Positions 55,921 to 62,717 of a DNA stretch of 62,717 nucleotides are shown here, in pieces. The translations under genes and the position numbers were made by a program. The notes beneath the pieces are model-generated. The model was given only the letters and a program-made list of their open reading frames with translations, was not told the origin of the DNA and searched no databases. The first letter of the stretch is position 1, and every line of letters begins with the position of its first letter. The stretch comes from a virus (lineage: Duplodnaviria > Caudoviricetes). The stretch is taken from positions 1 through 62,717 of the IMG/VR virus record IMGVR_UViG_3300037509_000107. One strand, given 5' to 3'.

Positions 55921-57036
55921 ATGCCCGCAAGTTTGATGGACTACCTCTCGGGCGATCAGCTCACGAAGCTCGCCCAGGCGTACGCGGTCAAGCCCCGCCT
56001 CGCCCGCCCGTTCCCGGCGGCCTTCTACAACATGGGCACGAAGGTCTACGGGACCGCCGTCAAGTACGACCTCGTCAACGGCTCCCGCGAGTCGGCCAAG
56101 ATCACCAACCCGGACAGCCCCTCGCAGGTCGCGCAGGGCATCCAGACCGACAGTCGGAAGGTCGTGGCGATCGGCAGCCGCGAGCACTTCGTCGTCGGCA
56201 TGGACCTCATCCAGGCCCTCCAGTGGCCCGGCGACATGGTCCGCGCCAACGCCCAGATGGAACTGGAGCGGCAGGTCAAGGCGTTCGTCGACCGGTTCAT
56301 GAACATCGAGACCAACGCCGTCCACTCCGCGCTGGTCCGCGGCAAGATCGACGTCGGCTCCGACGGGTCGATCCAGGCGAGCACCAGCAGCCCCGTCCGC
56401 ACGATCGACTACACCGGCGCGACCGGCACGCAGCTCACCAAGGACGGCGCCGGCGGCACGTTCAACATCGGCGACTGGTCCGACGCCAGCACCGACATCG
56501 TGACGAAGGTCAAGGACCTCAAGCGGTACATCCTCAAGACGTACGGGTGGGAGCTGACCGACGTCTACCACGGGATCAACGTCGGCGCGAACCTGGCGAA
56601 GAACTCTGCGTTCCGCGAGTACCTCAGCCGCCACGAGAGCTACCGGAACCAGTTCGTGTCCGCCGGCGAGATCGCCCCGGGAACTTTGGGGCTTCGCTGG
56701 CACGCGGTCGACACCGCCACGACCGTCACCGGCGGCTCGGCCACGAGCTGGGCCGGCGACAACTTCCTGGCCTTCTCGCCCGACCCATCCGACACCGGCT
56801 GGTACGAAGGGTTCGTCGCGGGCCTGCCCGCCCCGAGCGGCCTGACGAGCGAGGCGGAGATCAAGTCCGCCATGCTGTCGCCGGAGACGCTCGGCGCGGC
56901 CTTCCCGGTCAAGTACGGCGTCCACAGCTACACGATCTACAACGCCGACCCGATCAGCGCTAAGATCGTGACCTCGAATTTCTCGCTCGGCGTGATCAAG
57001 GCGCCGAACGTCTTCCCGAGAGGCGTTTGCGCGTAA
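55921..57036 (+). CDS. Major capsid protein (lambda gpE-like)
   Basis: 371 aa after decoration gene; AAAGGA RBS; size and synteny. Confidence 0.75.
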   Translation: MPASLMDYLSGDQLTKLAQAYAVKPRLARPFPAAFYNMGTKVYGTAVKYDLVNGSRESAKITNPDSPSQVAQGIQTDSRKVVAIGSREHFVVGMDLIQALQWPGDMVRANAQMELERQVKAFVDRFMNIETNAVHSALVRGKIDVGSDGSIQASTSSPVRTIDYTGATGTQLTKDGAGGTFNIGDWSDASTDIVTKVKDLKRYILKTYGWELTDVYHGINVGANLAKNSAFREYLSRHESYRNQFVSAGEIAPGTLGLRWHAVDTATTVTGGSATSWAGDNFLAFSPDPSDTGWYEGFVAGLPAPSGLTSEAEIKSAMLSPETLGAAFPVKYGVHSYTIYNADPISAKIVTSNFSLGVIKAPNVFPRGVCA

Positions 57037-57101
57037 GGCGCGCCGCCCGGCCCCGAACCCACCCGCACCGCCGGCCCTAACCGGCCGGCAGTGCCTTCGC
57101 T

Positions 57102-57353
57102 ATGGCTAAGACCACCAAGCAACCCGCCGCCCCCAAGCCGTCCCCACCCCCGCCGGCCGTGGGCGATGTCGTACTCTACTGCGCCCGCGCCGATTTCGGC
57201 GGGACCGAGGACCGCGCGGCGATCGTGGCCGGAGTGGCAGACGGCGGCGCCGTCGCCCTGCACGTCTTCCCGGCCGCGGCCGACGCCTACCGCCTGGCCG
57301 ACGTGCCACGGGACGAGTCGGGCAAGACCGTCGGGACGTGGCGTAGCCGCTGA
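57102..57353 (+). CDS. Small hypothetical protein
   Basis: P.VGDVVLY...RAAIV....V.LHVF...GTW pattern. Confidence 0.6.
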   Translation: MAKTTKQPAAPKPSPPPPAVGDVVLYCARADFGGTEDRAAIVAGVADGGAVALHVFPAAADAYRLADVPRDESGKTVGTWRSR

Positions 57354-57364
57354 CCGCCGCCAGC

Positions 57365-57634
57365 TCACCCCGGCGCCGGGGCTTCGGCCGCCGCCCGCAC
57401 CACCCGCACGTTCCCCGGGCCGTTGGGACCGCGGGCGGCCGCGGCGAGGGCGTCGCGGCAACGAAACAGGGCCGCCGGGTTGTCCGGCGACCCCGCGACG
57501 TCGACCGTACCGTCGGCGAAGTCGACCACCCACTCGGCCGCCTGGGTGTCACCGTCGAGGCGGACGAACAGCACGCCGGGGAGGAAGCGGACGAGCCAGC
57601 GGCGGCCGGCGATGTCGTGGTGGTAGAGGGTCAC
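57365..57634 (-). CDS. Hypothetical moron protein
   Basis: AGGAGG RBS, GTG start. Confidence 0.6.
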   Translation of the reverse strand: MTLYHHDIAGRRWLVRFLPGVLFVRLDGDTQAAEWVVDFADGTVDVAGSPDNPAALFRCRDALAAAARGPNGPGNVRVVRAAAEAPAPG

Positions 57635-57646
57635 GCCCGCGGCCTC

Positions 57647-58048
57647 CTACGCCATCGCCCACAGCAGCGGGCGGTCGTCGTACTCAACCCGCTCCCGGGC
57701 CATCGTCGCCTCCCGCTCCGTGATCGCGTCCAGGTCCTCGGCCATCTCCGCGAGTCGCAGCACCCGGAGGGCGACCGCGAACCACGTGACGCCGTCGAGG
57801 CACGACAGCACGGCGTAGCACACGATGTCCTCGGACGCGTCGCCCGCCATCCGCTCGGCGTGCCGCCGCAGTCGCGGGGCCAGTTCCGTCGCCGCCAGGG
57901 CGTCGCCGGCCGCGCCGGTGCCGTTCCGCCCGCGGGCCGCGGCGACGTCGACGGCCACGAGGGGGTCGGCGATCAGCCAGTCGGCCATCGCGTCGTCGAG
58001 GGGGCGGGTCGGGGGCGGCTCGCGACGTAGAGGGTTCGGGGCTACCAT
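57647..58048 (-). CDS. Hypothetical moron protein
   Basis: AAGGAG RBS before ATG 58048. Confidence 0.6.
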   Translation of the reverse strand: MVAPNPLRREPPPTRPLDDAMADWLIADPLVAVDVAAARGRNGTGAAGDALAATELAPRLRRHAERMAGDASEDIVCYAVLSCLDGVTWFAVALRVLRLAEMAEDLDAITEREATMARERVEYDDRPLLWAMA

Positions 58049-58156
58049 CGGACTCCTTGGTTGGCCCCGGTCCGGTTCATCTGCCAAGGTTCGCCGGCCG
58101 GGGCTGACTTGTTGATGCCCGCGCCGGGGCGTGACTCCCGGCGACTCACTGGCGGG

Positions 58157-58537
58157 CTACTTCCCGACCTTCCGCCGTTTCCCCTTCAGGAACGCCGGCA
58201 CGATCCCGCGGGCCTTGCGGTCGTCCGCGGCCTGCTGGGCACCGCGCTTGCGGGAACGGGTGGTGAGGGCGTCCCGCTGGCGGGCGATGCAGTGCGTCAC
58301 CTGCGGCGGCAGCACGATGCGCACGGAACCGGCCCCGTCCACGTACTGGAGGAACACGGTGTCACCGGACTTGTCGCCATCCCGTTGCCGGTAGGTCTGC
58401 ACGATGAACGTCTGGGCCTCGCCGACCAGCGGCGTCGCGACCTGAATTGTCGTCGGCTGTGTGCTCAGCACGTCGGGCACCCCGAACAGCGCACCGAGCT
58501 TGCGGTCGAACAGGTCTTTCCGTGTGTCCTCTGACAT
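58157..58537 (-). CDS. Hypothetical moron protein with basic C-terminus
   Basis: AAGGAG RBS before ATG 58537. Confidence 0.65.
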   Translation of the reverse strand: MSEDTRKDLFDRKLGALFGVPDVLSTQPTTIQVATPLVGEAQTFIVQTYRQRDGDKSGDTVFLQYVDGAGSVRIVLPPQVTHCIARQRDALTTRSRKRGAQQAADDRKARGIVPAFLKGKRRKVGK

Positions 58538-58572
58538 GGTGGCTCCTTCCGGCCGTCCGGCCGGGGTTGTGG

Positions 58573-58668
58573 TCACTCCGCCGGCATCCACGCCGCCAGG
58601 ATTCGCCCCGCGACGGCGAGGCCGGTCAGCACGAGGTACGCCAGGCAGATCGGGACGGCGAGGGACAT
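58573..58668 (-). CDS. 31-aa membrane peptide
   Basis: MSLAVPICLAYLVLTGLAVAGRILAAWMPAE; AAGGAG RBS; not in track. Confidence 0.55.
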   Translation of the reverse strand: MSLAVPICLAYLVLTGLAVAGRILAAWMPAE

Positions 58669-58679
58669 GGGCGGCTCCT

Positions 58680-58796
58680 TGGTTGGACGCCCACACAATA
58701 CAATAACAGTGCTGGGTCAATCAAGCGATTTTCCGAGGAATTCCGCAGAGTTGTTCAACGATGGCAAAACATCATTGTTGGGGCTAAGATTCGGGC
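58680..58796. promoter_or_regulatory. Divergent AT-rich promoter region
   Basis: Leftward TTGA.../TATTGT; rightward TAAGAT 6 nt before the HTH ATG. Confidence 0.55.
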
Positions 58797-58994
58797 ATGT
58801 TGGACGCCCGGAAGGTACGTGCCCGCCGCGAAGCCCTGACGCTCACTCAGGGGGAGGCCGCAAAGCGAGCCGGGTTCGAAACTTACCAGCAGTGGGCGCG
58901 GCTTGAGCAGGAGAACCGCGACCCCCGCGCGTCCACGCTCGCCAAGATTGCCCACGCCCTCCGCTGCAAGATCGAAGACCTGTTGACCGACTGA
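58797..58994 (+). CDS. XRE-family HTH repressor (leaderless)
   Basis: RARREALTLTQGEAAKRAG....WARLEQ...DPRASTLAKIAHAL. Confidence 0.88.
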   Translation: MLDARKVRARREALTLTQGEAAKRAGFETYQQWARLEQENRDPRASTLAKIAHALRCKIEDLLTD

Positions 58995-59054
58995 TCCCCT
59001 GACGCACCCTGGCCCCGCCCCGACGACGGCCGCCCCGCGCGGCCGGGCTCTCCC

Positions 59055-59582
59055 ATGCCGACGCCGACCGTCAACGACGACCCGATGAGCAAGGTCCACG
59101 CGGCCCTATGGTCCGCGCTCACCGGCTACACGAAGTGGGCGAACCTGATCCGCGCCGGCAACCGCGTCCGCTTCGACGAGGGGCTGAACTGGCCGGCGAA
59201 CCGCGACCGCCAGATCCAGCCGGGCGATACTGCCGAGGTGCGGCTGGAGCAGGGGGCGTTCACCTTCGACCTGTACAACTGGGACGCCTCGACGACGAAG
59301 ATCGTCCAGTCCTACCCGCTCGTCATCACCGCCGAAGACCACGACGTCATCCCGCTCAACCGCGTGAAGTGGCTGACGCTCGCGGCGATCAAGAACGCCG
59401 GCTATCGGCTCGGCCTCGCCGGGTTCGTCGCCCGCGTCACGATCCGCGACGGGAAGGACAGCGCCAGCCCCGGCAAGCCCGCCGACCGCGGCAGCAACCG
59501 GTGGGTCACGCTGCTGACGATCGACGTCGACATGATCATCCCCGACACCGACCTCGCGGCCGACACGTTCACGCTCACCTGA
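59055..59582 (+). CDS. Putative tail completion/terminator protein
   Basis: Size and position before tail tube. Confidence 0.5.
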   Translation: MPTPTVNDDPMSKVHAALWSALTGYTKWANLIRAGNRVRFDEGLNWPANRDRQIQPGDTAEVRLEQGAFTFDLYNWDASTTKIVQSYPLVITAEDHDVIPLNRVKWLTLAAIKNAGYRLGLAGFVARVTIRDGKDSASPGKPADRGSNRWVTLLTIDVDMIIPDTDLAADTFTLT

Positions 59583-59627
59583 GCCGCCGGCCACCGCCCC
59601 AACCCAACAACTCAGGAGACCCCCGCT

Positions 59628-60173
59628 ATGGCTGCGATCTTCCAGTCCGGCCCTTGTTCGCTCCGCTACTCGCCCGCATCCCAGTACGGAGGCAGCGGTA
59701 CGTCCGCCCTCGGCACGACCGCGCCGTCCTACTCGGACATTGGCTACAGCAAGGACGGCATCCGTGTCCGCCAGCAGCTCCACCATCAGGAGATTCGCAC
59801 CGACCAGGGCGGCATGGGCATCGTCAACGGTGTCTGCATGGGGCAAACCATCTATGCCGAGTTCTCCCACGTGAGTTACTCGAAGATCAAGGCGGCCATC
59901 GCGGCTCACAGCCCGACGGGCGTTTTGTACACGAACGTCGGCAAGCTGCTGACCCACCTCGCCGGCCCGCTGGTCATTACCCCGCTCGCGGGGACACCGT
60001 GGGCGACGGAACTGGGGGTCGGCAAGAGTCGGATTCTGTACAAAGCGCTTTTGGTCACCGACGTGGATTACCTCATGGGGGCTGGGTACTCCGAGGGGCG
60101 ATGCACGTTCCTGGCCCTACCCGACGATGGGGTGTCGGACAAGATTTGGGAAGACCTCAACACCCCGGCCTGA
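59628..60173 (+). CDS. Putative tail tube protein
   Basis: AGGAG RBS; DIGYSKDGI..., EIRTDQ.G; precedes chaperone. Confidence 0.65.
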   Translation: MAAIFQSGPCSLRYSPASQYGGSGTSALGTTAPSYSDIGYSKDGIRVRQQLHHQEIRTDQGGMGIVNGVCMGQTIYAEFSHVSYSKIKAAIAAHSPTGVLYTNVGKLLTHLAGPLVITPLAGTPWATELGVGKSRILYKALLVTDVDYLMGAGYSEGRCTFLALPDDGVSDKIWEDLNTPA

Positions 60174-60177
60174 CCCC

Positions 60178-60663
60178 ATGCCCACGCTCACCTACACCGC
60201 CGCCGTCGGCGGCGACGAACGCCGTGCCGCGGCCGTCGCCCTGCTCGCGTCCGAGGCGGGCGATCGCCTGCTCGTCACCGACGCCCCGTGCCCAGAGGCG
60301 GAAGCCGCGGGCGTGCGCGTCGTCGTCCTGCCGGGCATCGACCCCGCGGGCGAGCAGTACCTGCCCGCGCAGGTCGGTCGCTGGGCGGACCCCGCCGACT
60401 ACGACGCCCTGCTCTACCGCCCCGCCGACGGCTCCGCGCCCGTCGAGATCCCCGGCGGCGACGCCGGCCGGCAGTTCCTGCGGCTGTGGGACGCCTACAA
60501 CGGCCAGCTCGTAGACGCCGCGGCCGCGCTCGTGTTTCTGCTGACCGGGCAACGGCCGGTGGACTCCGACGACGTGATCCGCCGCGAGCACCTTGCCGAC
60601 CTTACCGCCCGGGCGAACCCGCTCACACCACCCGTTGGCCGTACCCCGCCCGTTGTCGGCTGA
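60178..60663 (+). CDS. Hypothetical tail-region protein
   Basis: ORF in operon. Confidence 0.55.
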   Translation: MPTLTYTAAVGGDERRAAAVALLASEAGDRLLVTDAPCPEAEAAGVRVVVLPGIDPAGEQYLPAQVGRWADPADYDALLYRPADGSAPVEIPGGDAGRQFLRLWDAYNGQLVDAAAALVFLLTGQRPVDSDDVIRREHLADLTARANPLTPPVGRTPPVVG

Positions 60664-60780
60664 TCCTGAACCTTAACCCCTGATCTGCCTGCTCCCCTCC
60701 CGGCGGCCGGGCGTCTTCGTGTGCCCGGCCGCTTTGGGGAGCGGCGTCACCACCTACCGGCCTGGGAGGGCCGCAGACAC

Positions 60781-61152
60781 ATGCTCGACCTGAGTGTAAC
60801 GACCGACCCGACGTTCGATTTCAAACTGCCGGACGGAACGGCCAAGAGCTACGACCTCTGGGACGTGTACGAGAAGGTCCGCGTCGCCTCGCAGAAGGCC
60901 GCCGACGCCGCGGCCGACCAGGCGGCGTGGAAGGCCCGCGCCCGCGACGGCGAACCGAACCTCGGCCCCGAGCCGGTGGCGGTGGACCCGTACGACGCCA
61001 TCCGCAGCGCGTTCGGCTTCCCGACGGCCGCCGAGGCGGCGAAGTCCGGCGCGTTCACCCCGACCCGCGGGCAGTGCAGCGTCCTCAGTGCCGCCGTCGC
61101 CGAGCGGGTGGAGGAGCTGCCCCACCTAAAAAAGCAGCGAGGGGCGCGATAG
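60781..61152 (+). CDS. Tail assembly chaperone (gpG-like)
   Basis: GGAGG RBS; ends just after in-frame A-AAA-AAG. Confidence 0.7.
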   Translation: MLDLSVTTDPTFDFKLPDGTAKSYDLWDVYEKVRVASQKAADAAADQAAWKARARDGEPNLGPEPVAVDPYDAIRSAFGFPTAAEAAKSGAFTPTRGQCSVLSAAVAERVEELPHLKKQRGAR

Positions 61153-61409
61153 TTCTCGCGCAGGCGGGGATCTCCCTGTCTGAGCAGAACGCGATCGGCC
61201 CCGACCGGCGGTACGCCCTCGCCCTCGCCGCGCGCGAGTCCGAGGCCCGCCGCCGCTGGAACTTCATCCAGGACCTGTCGGCCGCCCTCGCCGGCAAGGA
61301 CCAGGCGGAGGCGCGGCAGAAGTACCTCGCCGATCTGGTCCGCCAGGCATTCCCGGGCGAGCCGGACACCGCCCTTGAACTGCTCGAACAAGTCACCCGG
61401 AAGGGGTAA
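61128..61409 (+). CDS. -1 frameshift extension (gpGT-like)
   Basis: Slippery heptamer AAAAAAG 61128-61134; -1 frame open to 61409 with no own start. Confidence 0.7.
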   Translation, partial: KKAARGAIVLAQAGISLSEQNAIGPDRRYALALAARESEARRRWNFIQDLSAALAGKDQAEARQKYLADLVRQAFPGEPDTALELLEQVTRKG

Positions 61410-61415
61410 CTACCT

Positions 61416-62717
61416 GTGGCGATCAACTACACGACCCTCTTCCAGCGCGTGGGCCGGTTCATCTATGTCTCGAACCAGCTTCTCGCCGCGCAAAACACCT
61501 ACCGCGGGATTGGCACACACGCCGACGGCATCCTCGACGAGTACGCCGACCGCCGCGACCTCGTCGACGGGCTGCTGCCGACGTTCGACGGCCTCGCCGC
61601 GCAGATGGCCGCGCAGGTGCTCGTGCTCAAGGGCTACGTCGACCGCACGCTCGGCGACCTCCAGGCGGAACTCAATACCCCGTCCGACGACGTCGCCGTG
61701 ATCCTGCCGCGGCTGTATGAGGACATGGTGCTGAACGGCCACACGGTCGACGCCAGCACGATTGGCAGCCCGTCGATCGCCGCCGTCTCCGGCAACACGG
61801 GTAACGGCTCGCTCGTGGCGTCCAAGGTCGACGCCCTCGGGCGGGACGCGGAGACGTCGATCTCCGAAGTGGTTCGGTTCACCTGCACGCTGGACAGCTA
61901 CGACGGCGGCACCGCCGGCGGCGAGCAGTTCAGCGTCGTGGGATACCCGGAGATCAACCCGGAGACGTACGGCACCCGCGGCAACGGCAACGGGCCGACG
62001 CTGTCGGTGCTGAACGAGGGCGGGGGGAACATCCCCACCAACGCCGGCTTCGACACCTTCTCGACGGCCAATACCCCGGACAGTTGGGACATCGACGCCC
62101 CCGGATCCGGGGGCCCCGGCACGGTCATCTTCTCGGAAGCGTCCACCGTCTACACGGCGGGCGGGATGGCTCTGAAGCTCCAAGGCAACTCGTCGACGGC
62201 CACCGTCACCCTGTCCCAGACGATCGCCAGCCGGCTCGACCCGCTCACCCGCTACGTCGGCGGCGTGCGGCTGCGGAAGGGTGCGGGCACGTTCGCGGCC
62301 GGGTCGACGCTGACGATCCGGCTGACGAACGGGACGACGCACCACGTCCTGTACTCGGCGGACCCGTCGACACTCACGACGTCTTACGTGCTGCACCACG
62401 CCTTCGTCTCGACGGGGGAGGAGGTGTCGTCGGCGTACGAGCTGCAAATCACCTGGACCTCGGCGTCAGGTGTGGCGTCGACCGGACAAATCTTCATCGA
62501 CGACTTGGCGTTCGGCGAGGCGTACGAGTTTGGGGGGATTTTCTATGGTTTGTTCCGCGGCTCCACAAACTACACCGTGGGGGACGCCTTCACCAGCACG
62601 ACCAGTAACGGATACGAAGGAACGATCCAGACTTGGTTCGGGAGGTTTTACCCCGGCTTCCAGCTCCCCAGCAACGCCGCCGGGGCCGAGACGATCGACG
62701 ACGCCCTCGCCGAGTAA
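61416..62717 (+). CDS. Virion structural protein with C-terminal carbohydrate-binding-like domain
   Basis: NAGFDTF....PDSW, LSQTI, IFIDDLAFG jelly-roll pattern. Confidence 0.6.
   Translation: MAINYTTLFQRVGRFIYVSNQLLAAQNTYRGIGTHADGILDEYADRRDLVDGLLPTFDGLAAQMAAQVLVLKGYVDRTLGDLQAELNTPSDDVAVILPRLYEDMVLNGHTVDASTIGSPSIAAVSGNTGNGSLVASKVDALGRDAETSISEVVRFTCTLDSYDGGTAGGEQFSVVGYPEINPETYGTRGNGNGPTLSVLNEGGGNIPTNAGFDTFSTANTPDSWDIDAPGSGGPGTVIFSEASTVYTAGGMALKLQGNSSTATVTLSQTIASRLDPLTRYVGGVRLRKGAGTFAAGSTLTIRLTNGTTHHVLYSADPSTLTTSYVLHHAFVSTGEEVSSAYELQITWTSASGVASTGQIFIDDLAFGEAYEFGGIFYGLFRGSTNYTVGDAFTSTTSNGYEGTIQTWFGRFYPGFQLPSNAAGAETIDDALAE

Larger units (their letters stand above)
1..62717. mobile_element. Temperate tailed phage genome segment (Mu-like head module, long-tail chaperone frameshift)
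   Basis: Integrase/xis, recombination, replication, terminase, portal, protease, capsid and tail genes in compact co-oriented operons; no host housekeeping genes seen. Confidence 0.95.

Noticed and set aside
56620-56635. LSR tripeptides in capsid (EYLSR), RecT, ParB, MTase and Hjc-like proteins
   Set aside because: Isolated single copies without the hydrophobic -2 residue; consistent with chance
1-62717. CRISPR array, rRNA, reverse transcriptase/DGR or transposase
   Set aside because: No regularly spaced repeats, rRNA signatures, RT motif or DDE transposase recognised by eye

Overview
This window is about 63 kb of a very GC-rich temperate tailed phage. A Planctomycetota-type host is inferred from the integrase architecture, the CsrA-like gene and small 'RxRRLLKxxLRxxGLR' proteins; this was not verified by search. 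Left arm (1-28.7 kb, + strand): DnaQ-like exonuclease, initiator tRNA-Met, CsrA-like protein, YqaJ/RecT recombination pair, xis plus a tyrosine integrase with a candidate intact attP inside its 3' end, RusA, replication initiator, SNF2 helicase, three DNA methyltransferases, a Mom-like enzyme, HerA-like ATPase, DUF5131 and DUF1643. Four unrelated endonuclease genes in this arm each sit behind the same ~125-nt promoter/hairpin leader. A short leftward regulatory block (28.8-30.2 kb) precedes the late region: membrane/lysis-like genes, beta-helix, LamG and SGNH proteins, Mu gp36-like adaptor, ParB, terminases, DUF935-like portal, a ~2,390-aa polyvalent protein, Mu-like protease/scaffold, decoration protein, capsid and tail genes with a -1 frameshifted chaperone. 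The most striking observation is in the giant protein between portal and protease. A recurring [VIF]-x-[LM]-[SA]-R motif divides it into effector-sized modules (ART-like, Acb1-like 2H phosphoesterase, LPD/zincin), and the same motif recurs six times in the adjacent protease/scaffold. This suggests a capsid-loaded polyprotein processed by the prohead protease. All family calls come from motif recognition by eye; no database searches were run.
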